Made by a program: the position numbers and the translations under genes | In this document: positions 14,036 through 26,907 of the stretch, one piece after another | Numbering within the stretch: position 1 is the first letter of the stretch | Layout of the letters: every line of letters starts with the position of its first letter | The notes under the pieces: model-generated | Databases searched by the model: none | What the model was told of the DNA's origin: nothing | The model's input: only the letters and a program-made list of their open reading frames with translations | Assembly (NCBI GenBank): GCA_951406725.2 | Contig: OX597825.1 | Span: 29,264,001-29,328,000, forward strand | DNA length: 64,000 nt | Direction of reading: 5' to 3' | From: Octopus vulgaris | Lineage: Eukaryota

Positions 14036-14184
14036 AGAATGCTTATTCATACTGTATGTATATGTGTGTGTATACGTTGTTTTGTATTGTTACATATGTG
14101 TTTACAAATGTGTTATGTATATTTGTATTGTATACACAATATGAGTGGTGTTCAAATTTTTTAAGTGTTAATATATTTGAATAA

Positions 14185-14188
<4 letters not shown>

Positions 14189-14237
<49 letters not shown>

Positions 14238-14525
14238 TTGAGTGAGAGAGCAGTGTATGCCACCAAGGTGAATACTGGGGTAAAATATACGAAACCCAGT
14301 ATACCCCTCATGACTACTTGCCTGATAAGGGTACACCAGGCACATCCATCACAACCATATGTGCACGACATGGTGATCTCATATCAAGATAAACAGTGCA
14401 TGACCTTGCAGGTGGGGCCCACTTAGAATTTTCTCCTTGTCTAGTAGCTTATCTTGCTTAAAAGGTCCCTGAATAAGGGTTAAGGATGTTGAACAAAACA
14501 CCCATGTTTCCAGAGGTGAATTATC
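14189..14525 (-). mobile_element. Retroelement 3' segment with (TAA)n tail, abutting the Dong-like fragment
   Basis: Complex sequence ending ...ctctctcactcaagaa(taa)n on the minus strand. Dong elements are associated with TAA microsatellites. Confidence 0.5.
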
Positions 14526-14960
14526 CATAAAGGTGATTGATACTCTCCATTTTTTTCCTGCAGACTCTACATTTGCTGTCTGACTGGGTTTTGTCAATCT
14601 TTGCCTTTATCTGCTTTGTTCTAAGGGCCAATAAAGGCAAAGCTATAATTAGCATTTTTGTCTCTCGTTTCAAGTTCCTGTTCATCAACGAGAGTTAGTG
14701 ATCTTTATTTCCAACATTCTTGATTTATTGCATGAATCAGACATGTAGTTCTATTTCTTTTCATTTGTTTGCTCTGTTGTTCTTCCTTTTCTCTTTGAAT
14801 CTTCTTATTGTTTCAATCATTTTGTTTGCTATGTCTAGCAGCCAATAGTATTCTTTCTTTAGTCTGAACAACATAATTTTTCAGACCCAGTATTACAGTA
14901 TTAACTGCGTCTTCTGTGTTCAATAATCCTCTACCACCTTACTTTCTTGGTGTTGAGATT
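14525..14960 (-). mobile_element. Degenerate R4/Dong-like (RLE-type) non-LTR retrotransposon fragment
   Basis: Minus strand reads PRK*GGRGLLNTEDAVN...NLKRETKMLIIA...ALRTKQIKAKIDKTQSDSKCRVCRKKMESINHL. This is the RT-thumb GGRGL motif plus the start of the CCHC knuckle of R4/Dong elements, with stops and frameshifts. Confidence 0.75.
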
Positions 14961-15087
14961 GGACTGGCTGCATGTCTCCCTTCATTCTCTTCTCAATTTC
15001 TGTATATTTGTAAACTGAAATCCTAGATTACAGGTTAAAATGATAGTTTTAAATCAAAAGTAGATAATTCTGCAGAATAATTTTTAA

Positions 15088-15475
15088 TTTACGTTTATAT
15101 ATTTGTTTTGCAAGATTCTTGATGTGAAATTGTGTGTTGAAACAGATATTGTTGTATTTAGGAGTGGTCATGTTGCCAGTTTAGCCGATAAAAACACATG
15201 CACTAAATATTTGGTGTTAATTTTCTTCAGCTTTATTTATTTATACAAAATGGCTGATCGTTTGTAAGGAGAGACACACAAATAAGAAAGAGGAAAGCAA
15301 AGGACCACTGATGAGGCCACAGAAGTGTGATGAAAGAACTCTGTCCGAAATAGGATTAAGATTAATGTAATAAATAAATGACACTGAAGCAAAGTAACAC
15401 CAAATATATAGTGCATGTATTTTTATTGGCTAAACTGGCAACATGACCATTCCTAAATACAACAATAATTTTTAA
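15088..15475. mobile_element. Penelope-like fold-back element with hammerhead core
   Basis: Inverted arms ~15148-15230 / 15383-15466, with CTGATGAG-stem-GAAA at 15308-15335. Flanked by a duplicated AATAATTTTTAA and absent from the paralogous empty site near 17850. Confidence 0.7.
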
Positions 15476-17017
15476 GTATTATATGTTAAATAAAATTTCA
15501 TGTTGGGAAAGTGGTACAAAATTTCTTACTCAAGAACAGCAACTGAAACAGAATATGAACCTATGATCTCAGAATTAAAATATATTATTATTTAACTAGT
15601 TGACTGGCTGCTCAGTGCATTTCTTGCGATTTGAGCAAATATAACAAGTTTGACATTTATTTAGAAAAATTCTCAGGATTCAAAGAATTCTAAGAATTTA
15701 GAATGTCTATTACATATTTCTCTAGATCATGACAAGCAATAGTTTGAGATTCCAGTTCTGCAACGATGCCATTATCGGTAGAATGTACTTGTTGCTACTA
15801 TATTATTGAATCAGACACTGGTTCATTGGTTTATGGCACAGAGAATCGTTCTCCTTCTCGCACTCACTATAAAGATACTTTGGTTTGGAAATGAAAAGAA
15901 GTAAAAAGACATCACTATACTCAATATTGTTGTCTATTATCACTTGAACCATTCCTGTGTTCTCTTTTTCTTTTTTCTCTAATATCAGCATTCAGTTCTT
16001 ACCTCTTTATCTATAATTGGTTATTATTTTCCTTTTAAAGAGATTTTGGAATCAACTTCTATATATCATGCAACATACTTTCTCTGATTGTAAAAATGCC
16101 TTATCTTTTTCTTTGTTTTCTTCGGATTCTTTTATTCTCTGCTGAGAGAAAATTGAAGAGAAGGCAAGATTACTGACTATGCAAGCATTATCTAAGTGAA
16201 CAGTATGTAGATAACTGTTGTAAAATATAAATGGAATATGATGGTAGTGAAGGTGGCGGCAGTAGTAGTGTTGGTGATGGAGGTGGTGGCCATGGCGGTG
16301 TTGGTGGTGATCATTTTTGACTTTCAAATTTAGTCTTGCTATAAATCTCCAAAAAAACAGTCAAACCTATTGCAAACTGATATCCAACTCTGACATTTCA
16401 GTTGATGTAATTCTTTTGGCATTTGGTTTAATGAAGGGCCTATATAAGCATTAAAAATTATTTAATCTTTTCATGAACCTCAATGTTTCAAAGGACAAAT
16501 GTTTTAGACCGTTTTTTTTAAAATTTTTAACTTGATGTTGATGAGAAACACATTTCCCATTGGATAGCATACTTATTGTATTACAGATAACCCCACAATT
16601 AATGCCTGATATATATATTTTCAACATCATTTGAGCTGTATAAAATCATGTTATATTACAATACACATGATTTTAAAGTTCCAAATCCACAACTAGTGGA
16701 AATGTAATCTCCTACATTATTTCCTTATAAGCATTCTGTCATGTTCCACCAATACAATTACTTTCACTCTCTCCTTGAATATATCATTGTAAGAATACAA
16801 CTATGTATAGATTGTTATATTCTCCTTAAATATATATTTTTGTAGGAAGCTCCTTCAAAGCAGTTAGACACTAAACACAAAATTCCACAAATTGGGTTCA
16901 TTGCATCAATCCATTTAATTAATGTTAAAAATGCAAAGAGCATCAGAAGGCAAACTGAAAATAATTATGTGATGAAGAAAAAAACTGGTTCTCTGTCCGT
17001 TTGGCTGACCAGTGTAT

Positions 17018-17432
17018 CTTATTTCTTTATTGCCCACAAGGGGCTAAACATAGAGGGAACAAACAAGGACAGACAAAGGGATTAAGTCGATTACATCAAC
17101 CCCAGTGTGTAACTGGTACTTAATTTATCGACCTCAAAAGGATGAAAAGCAAAGTCGACCTCGGCGGAATTTGAACTCAGAACGTAATGGCAGACGAAAT
17201 ACCTATTTCTTTACTACCCACAAGGGGCAAAACACAGAGAGGACAAAGAAGGACAGATAAACGGATTAAGTCGATTACATCGACTCCAGTGCGTAACTGG
17301 TACTTATTTAATCAACCCTGAAAGGATGAAAAGCAAAGTCGACCTTGGCAGAATTTGAACTCAGAATGTAACGGCAGACAAAATACTGCTAAGCATTTCG
17401 CCTGGCATGCTAACATTTCTGCCAGCTTGCCA
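17018..17432 (-). mobile_element. Family B SINE tandem dimer
   Basis: Two bodies joined at gacgaaatac|ctatttc (~17202). Confidence 0.8.
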
Positions 17433-18860
17433 CCCTATCTCACCATAACCGACAGAGTGCTAGATACATTGTCTGACCAGTGTATCTGGCACTCTGTTGT
17501 TGGTTATGGTAATAAGTGTTGCAGATGTTTTGATCAACAGAACAGCCTAATCATGAAATTGACGTGCAAGTGGCTGAATACTCCAGAGACATCACACACA
17601 TGTATCCTTAATGTAGTTCTCAGGGGGATTCAGTGTGACACAGAATGTGACATGGTTGGCCTCCTTTGCATTACAGGTACAACTCATTTTAGCCAGCTGG
17701 AGCAATATGAAATAAAGTGTCTTACTTAAGGACACAATGTGCTGCATATCTCCATTCATTCTCTTCTCAATTTCTGTATATTTGTAAACTGAAATCCTAC
17801 ATGACAGGTTAACATGATAGTTTTAAATCAAAAGTTGATAATTCTGCGGAATAATTTTTAAGTATTACATGTTAAATGAAATTTCATGTTGGGAAGTGGG
17901 ACAAAATTTTTTGCTCAAGAACAGCAACTAAAACAGAATAATATACCCGATCCCCTGTAATGCATGATCTCAGAATTAAAATATATTACTCATAACTGTA
18001 AGAACATGAGCTGAGTATCTGAACCACTGAGTCATGTGTCTTCACTGAATAATATACCTGATCCCCTGTAATGCACAGTCTAGGTAAGTATTTTTGTGGA
18101 AGGTTAGCATGGATATCTCCCCACTTCCATAGTATTGATGCTATCCCAAGGGAAAGATTTCCACCTTAGAAACGAAATACATTTTGGCACCAGTGTCATC
18201 ATATGCATTTATGTTGGAATATAAAATCCCAGAGTAGATTCTACAAAATCTCCTTCTCAATATTCTAATATTATTTCATCTATTCACCACCTTCAGTTGG
18301 TGCAATTTTATCATGCTTCAAATAGATGCAAAGCAAAGTTGATTTTAGTTCAATTTAAACTCAGAGTACAAAGAATGGAACCAAAAACTGTGAGGCATTC
18401 TATCCAAAGCTCTAATAACTTTGCCAATATGACACCTAATAAACAGAAAGAGAAAAAAAAAAGCAAGCAAAATTGCTGGTATCATTTTTAGCCATTTTAT
18501 TGAGTGGACATCATCATACTTTCTGATGTAACGATAAGACCATTTCTAAGAGAGTACACAATTAGATATGAAAATTCGTATATCTTTGAAAAAAAAAAAA
18601 ACTGAAATTACTCTGGATCTTTCTGATAATGGTAAGGTTGGTGATGATAGCAATGATGATGATGATGATGAGAATGACGAAGATGATGAGAGAAATTGTT
18701 TAGGCGTTACTACAAGAACATTGATTGAATATGTCAATATTAAAATGGAAAGTGTCTCTACAGAACTTGTAAAGATGATGCTTCTCTGTTTCCAGTATTT
18801 TCAGGAGAAAACTATTCCAGAATGTTTCCTAGTCACTTTCAAAATTTTCTAAAGCCTGCT

Positions 18861-19728
18861 GAATGAAGGCTGATAAGGCAGGAGAGCCTTTGAGAGATAG
18901 TTTGCAAGGGTCTTTTTCCCTTTTTATTTTTTTGTAAGATCCTTGGATAAAAGAGAGATCCTCTCAAAATTTAAAGAAAAAACTATGAGATCTTTTTCTA
19001 ATTTTAGGGGCCCTGGACCAATATACCAGTTTGACCCTGTATTTATAGACCTTGCTGATAAGAATTCAGAGACCTTTTACAAAGAAGTGTTGTTAAGAGG
19101 GTTGCATAAAGTTAATACTGAGATCTAGAATGAAGGCTGATAGGTAAGCGGGCCTTTGAGAGATAGTTTGCAAGGGGTTTTTTCTCTTTTATTTTTTTGT
19201 TGGACCCTTGGATAAAAGAGAGATCCTCTCAAAATTTAAGGAAAAAACTATGAGACTTTTTTCTAATTTTAGGGGCTCTGGAACTATATACCAGTTTGAC
19301 CATGTATTTATAGGCCTTGCTGATAAGAATTCAGTGACCTTTTACAAAGAAGTGTAGTTGAGAGGGTAGCATAAAGTTAATACTGAGATTTAGATTCAGT
19401 TACCCCAGCCAAAATGATTTCCAATCAATCCAGCTAGATAGGACAGCAGTCAGTCTCAGGGGAAATATTCCTATAATTAGTACCCTATTTCTGGCCACTA
19501 TATATACTAAGACATACAAATAAAGAAATGGTATAGATTATAGTCAAATGTTTATACTGAGATTTAGATTCAGTTACCCCAGCCAAAATGATTTCAAATC
19601 AATCCAGCTAGATAGGGCAGCAATCAGTCTCAGGGGAAATATTCCTATAATTAGTACCCTGTTTCTGGCCACTATATATATACTAAGACATACAAATAAA
19701 AAAAAATGATATAGATTATAGTCAAATG
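18861..19728. repeat. Two abutting tandem duplications (~267 bp x2, then ~174 bp x2)
   Basis: gaatgaaggctgata.. at 18861 and 19128; atactgagatttagattcagttacc.. at 19380 and 19554. Confidence 0.9.
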
Positions 19729-21044
19729 ACTAACCCCGACCCCACTAACATTACTTCAGGTCTTAGAAACCAGTGTATTTACTTCCAGATGTAGCTTGTT
19801 AATGATAGCATCGTGTTTTATTAGAAAAACGTTTCCTACTACTTCTTTGCATCTTTGTATTTAGCTTGTGAAAATAACATAATTTACTGCTTGTATCTTG
19901 CACATAAACTTCTGAAGTCTAGTCACATTTATGATTAAATTGCTTGATGTTGCTTGGGTTCTCCTAGCGTAAGAAGAAATACTGATACACAGTGATAGGA
20001 TGTTAAATTGTCATCCGAAGGGTTAATGGGGTGTATCCTTCTTGCTTCAGTCTGACACACTCAGTTTTCTCTGGTTTTGATTACATAGCGGAATAGAAGT
20101 ACTATGATCTTGAGTACATATAAGTTACCATAGTAATTAGTTGAAACACTTTGTAATTAACGAATACATTGCTAATTTGCAAGACTGATTTCTGGCTCTC
20201 CTCTAGACCTGAAGAAAGTGTCAGAAAATGAAGGAATTTTCAAGACATAGGTGGCGTGGTAGGGGTTATTAGTTGAGGCTTTGGTGGTCATATCTTTTGT
20301 AGGTGTGGTGAAACCTAACACAGAGAAACTAAATATTGTCAGGTTTAACAACTTAAATTACAGAATTGATAAATTATAGGGACATAAACACACCAACATC
20401 GGTTATCAAGCAGTGGTGGGAGGCAGACACAGAAACAAAGACAAACACATGCATACATATGTACATACATACATATATATACACATATATGTATATGCGT
20501 GTGTGTGTGTGGTCATCATCATTTTTTAACATCTGCTTTCTATGCTGGCATGGATTGTCTGGTTTGAGTGAGGGCTGGCAAGCCAGGAGGCTGCACCAGG
20601 CTCCAACCTGATCTGGCAAGGTTCCTACAGCTAGATGCCCTTCCTAACACCAACAACTTCGAGAGTGTAGTGGGTGCTTTTCAGGCACAACCGACATGGG
20701 AGCCACTTAAGCGACACTGGCATCAACCATGCTTGAATAGTGCTTTTTATGTGCCACCAGGCTGGAAGCCAGTCTGGTGGCACTGACATTGACAACACTT
20801 GAATGGTGCGTTTTACATGTCACTGGCACTGGCATCGATCAAGTTTGAATGGCACTTTTTACATGCCACCAGCACCGGTGCCAGTCAGGCATGTATATAT
20901 ATAGCCTAAATATTTCACTGGATGTATTTTGGTACACATTCGACTAAAGGTGTTATCTACAAGTTTAATTTTGATCCTACCAGGTTCCTATTATTTAAGT
21001 ATCTGATTTCTTTCAATCCTTAATATTGATATGTGTGTGTGTGT

Positions 21045-21430
21045 GAGTGACTGTGTGGTAAGTAGCTTACTTACCAACCACATGATTCTGGGTTCAGTCC
21101 CACTGTGTGGCACCTTGGGCAAATGTCTTCTACTATAGCCTCAGGCCAACCAGAGCCTTGTGAGTGGATTTGGTAGAAATAAATTGAAAGAAGCCTGTCG
21201 TATATATATGTGGGTGGGTGTATGAGTGTGTGTGTGTGTATGTTTGTGTGTGTGTGTATGTTTGTGTGTTTGTGTTTGTCCCCCACCATCGCCTGACAAG
21301 CAATGCTGGTGTGTTTATGTCCCCATAACTTAGCAGGCCGGCAAAAGAAACTGATACAATAAGTACTAGGCTTACAAAGAATAGGTCCTGGGTTTGATTT
21401 ATGCGACTAAAGGTGGTGCTCCAGCATGGC
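21045..21430 (+). mobile_element. SINE family A
   Basis: Same family. Confidence 0.8.
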
Positions 21431-22101
21431 AAAAGAGACTGTCAGAGTTAAGTACCAGGCTTTAATAAAAGAGAATAACTGGGTGGGTGAAGTGGTAATT
21501 TTTTTTTCCATCAAATTCTTCAAAGGGATGTCCCAGTATGGCCACAATTTATTGACTAAAAATGGTAAAAAAACAGAGAAGGAAAGATAAAAGATCCTAG
21601 AAATACCTGCCTTGGATTTGAACTAAAAAAAACTAATTTCAAATCAAGAAAAGAGTAAACTGATAGTTCTCCCCTACAATAAAGTTTGACATTAACCTTA
21701 TATGGTTAATAAAAAAATTGACTGCTCCGTCAAAAAAATAATGAAGTTTGACATCTGGTGTTGACATTTTGAATATGTTATACAGCTCTGTTTGGTACTG
21801 TGTGCTGAGAAAGCAGTACTAAGGAACAACAACAACAACACTAACAACAGCAACAACAACAGTTATGACACAAACCAAAAAATAAGCTTTTGTTTCTGTT
21901 TAATTATTATTTTTTTTTTTTTAATTTTTATCTTTTACAATTTGTTTTATATTTTTTAACAATTGTTTTTAATTTATGTATTTATCTCGAAAATGATATA
22001 TTGTTTAAGCAAGAGAATTAAATTCAGTGTTATCTACAGATGATCAGGAAATCTTTCTCCTGCACCACCACGAACAAGAACTGAGACAACAACAGTAACC
22101 A

Positions 22102-22355
22102 TCACCACCACCACCACCACCACCACCACCACCACCACCACCACCACCACCACCACCACCACCACCACCACCACCACCACCACACCACCACCACCACCAC
22201 CACCACCACCACCACCACCACCACCACCACCATCACCACCACTATCACCACCACCACCACCACCACCATCACCACCACCACCACCACCACCACCACCACC
22301 ACCACCACCACCACCACCACCACCACCACCACCACCACCACCACCACCACCACCA
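22102..22355. repeat. (CCA)n microsatellite
   Basis: Direct reading. Confidence 0.95.
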
Positions 22356-23467
22356 AAACCACCGCTGCTGCTGCCGCCACCACCAGTACTCCTCCCACCA
22401 TCTTCATCTCCTCTTACCATTGCCCTGATCTTGTTATTGAAGGAAAACCAAAAAAAAAAAATAGGTGTCATTTAATTGTCACCCACCCCCTTTTTTCCAT
22501 CCCCTCACCTTCCTCTTCTGTCTCTCTCTCTACTTACTGACATCCTCATCATCTTCACCTCATTCTACATTTCTATTTTTACCCCTTCAGTCTTCTCCTT
22601 TGCTTCTTTTCTTCTTTCTCTTCTTTCATTCTCCCCTCCTTCCTCTCCATCTTTTCCCCATCCTCTGTCTCTCTCCTTTTCTCTTTCCTTTCCTTCTTCA
22701 TCTTCAATTACTTGCTTTCTCTCCTTCATATTTTCTCAACATTTTCTTTCAATTTTTTTTCCTTTTTGTTGTTGCTTCTTTTCAACCCAATCCTCCCCCC
22801 TTACCTGCTCCCCCCACTTCTTTCCATTTTCTTTCTTTTTCTTGTTTTAATTTATTCTATTTTATTTTATTTTATTTTCCAGACCACATTCCATTATTTT
22901 ATTGATTTTCATTCCTTATTTAATACCAGCAAATTTAATTCTAAATTATTTGGGTGACTGTATTCCATTAGATGGTTTAAGAAGATAATTGTGTCATAGG
23001 GAAGACAGCTACACTAAGCAAAATGCATTCAACAATTCACCAAAATCTAAAACCAGGAAATGAAAACAATAAACAGAAGAAAAAAACCCACACAAGAAGC
23101 AAAATAAAACTAAATTATCTACAAAAATTTATATTAGTAATTTTTTTCATGTTGGTGATAATGATGATGATGATGATGATGATGATGATGGTTGTGGTGG
23201 TGGTGGGGAGGGCTTGGCTCAATGGTAATGCTGATGTCAGTAACCTCTGTACTTATAGCAGTAATAGAGTTGATGGCGGTAGTGGTGGTGGTGGTGGTGG
23301 TGGTGGTGGTGAAGGAGGAGGAGATGGTGATGATGGTGGTGGTAGTGTCACTCAGAGTAGAGGGGACGGTAGCGGTGCTGGTACTGGAGTTTGGCGCTTG
23401 TTTGGAAATGATGGCCTGTATTTTGATACGGACGATGGCAGCGAAGGTGACGTTGAGGGCAGCGGTG

Positions 23468-23499
<32 letters not shown>

Positions 23500-23991
23500 G
23501 TGATGGTGATGTGGTGGTGGTGGTGGTGGTGGTGGTTTGGTGGTGGTGGTTTTGTTTAAATTTGTAATGATACTAGAAGTAATAATGTTGGTATTTTTAG
23601 TTTGTGCTGTCAATAACAACGATTGTGGTGGTGGTCATCGCGGGTGGTGGTCGGTGCTGGTCAGTATTATTATTGGTGGATATATTTTTGCTACACAACT
23701 TAGTCGGCAAGCTTTTATTCATAGTAACTCTTTATAGACAAAAAAAGAAAAAAAACAACAACAACCAAAAAAAAAAAAGAAAGTAAGAAAAAAGAGAGAA
23801 AATGTCAGAAGAGAAACAATGAGAGCTAGACAGTAAAGAGACTTGTGTAAATAAATTTTGGAGATAGTTTTGCAATAAGTAAATTTGTAAATACTATGAG
23901 GGGAAGAAAATAGAAAAAAAAAGCAATGAATTTTAGCTAAAGAACATATTTATAAAACTGATTAAGTGCTGGGTATGATAGCTTGATGTGG

Positions 23992-24478
23992 GTGGTGCCT
24001 AGCTTAGTGGTTAGGGTGTCAGCTTCATGATCGTAAGATTGTGGTTTCGATTCCTGGACCGGGCGACGCGTTGTGTTCTTGAGCAAAACACTTCATTTCA
24101 CGTTGCTCCAGTCCACTCAGCTGGCAAAAATGAGTAACGCTGCGATGGACTGGCATCCCGTCCAGCTGGGGAACACATACGCCACTGAAACTGGGAAACT
24201 AGGCCCATGAGCCTGGCTAGGCTTTAAAAAGGCACATTTATTTGTGGAGGTGCATGGCTTAGTGGTTGGGGTTTCAGCATCATGATCATAAGATTGTGGT
24301 TTCGATTCCTAGACTGGGCGACGCGATGTGTTCTTGAGCAAAACACTTCATTTCATGTTGCTCCAGTCCACTCAGCTGGCAAAAATGAGTAACGCTGCGA
24401 CGGACTGGCGTCTCATCCACCATAGAAACCGGGAAACTGGGCCCATGAGCCTGGCTAGGTTTTAAAAGGGTGCATTTA
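23992..24478 (+). mobile_element. Tandem pair of tRNA/CORE-type SINEs (family D)
   Basis: Two ~250-bp copies: gcttagtggtt..gtttcgattcc head, ttgtgttcttgagcaaaacact core, gcgatggactggc block. Confidence 0.8.
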
Positions 24479-25041
24479 TTATTTTTATGATAGCTTGGTA
24501 GCTTGCTACTTTGAGTTGTTCTGAAGATGTGTAGACAAGTGGTTAGTGCATTTAGTTCATGGTTATTATGTCATGGGTTCAATAACTGGACAGGGCAAAG
24601 CATTGTGTTCTTAAGTAGGGCATTTTATTTCACATTGTTCTAATATGCAGCTGAATATGAGTACCATGGCATAACCGTTCTACTGCCATCCTCCATCTGT
24701 TACATCATTGATGTTCTGTGTTTTTTAGTTAAGAACAATTAAGGTCAAGAGGGTGTCTTCTTTTTGCTTGTAGCTACATCTTTTATCTTTTGCTTGTTTC
24801 AGTCTTTGGATTGTGGTCATGCTGGAGCACCACCTTGAAGGATTTTGTCAAACAAATCAGCTCAAGTACTTGTTTCATCAGTCTCTTTTTGCCAAAGTGC
24901 TAAGTTGTAGGAATGTAAACAAGTCAACACTAGTTATCAAGCAGTGGTGGGGTGACAAACACGAATGTAAAGATACACCCAGCCACACACACACACATAC
25001 ATACACACGCACCCAAACACACAATGGGCTTCTTTCAGTTT

Positions 25042-25275
25042 CTTATTTCTTTATTGCCCACAAGGGGCTAAACATAGAGGGGACAAACAAGGACAGACAA
25101 AGAGATTAAGTCGATTACATCGACTCCAGTACGTAACTGGTACTTAATTTATCGACCCCGAAAGGATGAAAGGCATAGTTGGCCTTGGTGGAATTTGAAC
25201 TCAGTACATAATGACAAACAAAATACTGCTAAGCATTTCACCCGGTGTGCTAACGCTTCTGCCAGCTCACCACCT
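25042..25275 (-). mobile_element. Family B SINE inserted in a family A copy (24780-25300)
   Basis: Same family. Confidence 0.8.
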
Positions 25276-26699
25276 TCTTTCAGCTTTTGTCTATCAAATG
25301 TAGGACTAAACTGTCCATACATTCTTAATACTATAGAGATTGAGAGATTTAGCGTCTATTTCTAGCCTGTTATGCAACTGCAAAGAGAATCCTCCCCATA
25401 CATAAATTATTAAAAGATATTGGATGTCAGTATATTAGAAATGGTTTCTATCAAAATGAATCGGTTTGCAGAGATAGAGATATAAACAACAGAAGAATAT
25501 GTTGATATATTTTGCAACAAAGAAGACCAACGTTTCATACAGGGTTCTTTGTGAAGGATGAATCGAATCCATACTAATTGGTTAAGTGCATTTAGATGTT
25601 AACAGATATCATCTGTAGGATAGCCTGCAGTAAGCTTTGGGGGCAATGTTTAATTAACTCTTCAATGATTTGGCGTCATTCTTGCGACTGTTATAAGCCA
25701 CAGTGTGTGTGATATGCTTTATCAATGCACATTTCCATAGAGATGAGCTGTAGAGGAAAAAAACATTTTTTCTTTTTTATCATAAGTTTGACATTCTGTG
25801 AATCGCAAAGTGTGGATTTTATATATGTTTTCAAAGAGTTTTCTTAATTAAACATGTGGTGTGCATCTGGTGATTAACTATTACAGTGGAGATAATCTCT
25901 GCTAGATTAAGTTGATTTAGATTCGAAAGTGTGGAATTTACATCATAGAATAAAGATGGAAAGGGCATACATATTTGATATATTTTTAGTGCATGTTATG
26001 GAGTTCTTAAAGCGTCTCATCATTGGAACCCTTGTAAAGCATTAGTTCATCTTTCTTTGGAACTGCCAGCATGATATAACTTGAGACAAATAAACTAAGC
26101 TAAATTCAACATTTTTACAACATTAGACCTTTCTTACAGAAAGAAAATAATTTAAAAGGCTTGTTCTCTTTAACTTGTTGACATGCTGGGGCATTGCCTC
26201 GAAGAATTTTAGTCAAATGAATCGATACTAGAGCTTACTTTTTTAAAACCTGGTACTTATTCAATTGATCTCATTTGCTGGGCCACCAAGTTATGGGGAT
26301 GTAAGCAAACCAACACTGGTTGTCAAGTGGTGGGATGAGATAAACACGGATACAAAGACACACACACACACAGAATGGGATTCTTTCAGTTTCAGTCTAC
26401 CAAATCCACTCTCAAGGTGTTTTGGTCAGCCTGGGGCTATATAGGAAAACATATGCCCAAAGTTTTATGCAGTAGAACTGAACCTAGAACCATGACACTG
26501 AAAAGATAGTTAATTGTTTAGCAATAGAGAAAAAGAAAAGAGAAATTTCTTAAATGCAGATTTATGTTTCCAGGCCAATAATTTTTAATTAGCCTTATTA
26601 ACTTCAAGAAAATTTCAAAATCTCAAACACCTAAAGAATTTATCTAATGGGTAAAAACCCTGAAAAAGTACCATTTTTATTGAACCATTTACACGTGAA

Positions 26700-26907
26700 C
26701 CCTTTTGATAGCATCCCACCTGAAATGACCTCAAATTCTATGATTAAAACGTTTTATTTTAAAATAATCAAAATTAAAATCTTCCATCAAAATGTTATAT
26801 TAATTTATGTTCCAAACACCTGCTTCACAATGGCAAAGTCAGTCTACTAAGTTCTTCATTATTTTCAAAATTAATTGAAACTAAAGCAGTGTTTCTTCAT
26901 AAAAGGG
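26700..26907. mobile_element. Older copy of the same piggyBac-type MITE family
   Basis: CCCTTTTGATA...AAAGGG|TTAA ends. Internal blocks (aaaatcttcca, tttatgttcc, aattgaaa) are shared with 50890-51109. Confidence 0.55.

Noticed and set aside
14943-15014. Apparent 72-nt minus-strand exon (YKYTEIEKRMKGDMQPVQSQHQE) with good splice sites
   Set aside because: The donor lies inside the Dong-like PRK*GGRGL sequence and the rest is in a local duplication, so it is probably coincidental.
18568-19128. Acidic ORF and neighbouring ORF on the plus strand
   Set aside because: The first is driven by a (GAT)n tract; the duplicate of the second has in-frame stops; no recognisable domain.
23992-24070. tRNA gene
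   Set aside because: The A/B boxes continue into a SINE body that is present in tandem; no intact cloverleaf was seen.
25440-26060. Possible ancient LINE coding remnant
   Set aside because: No motif could be read with confidence.
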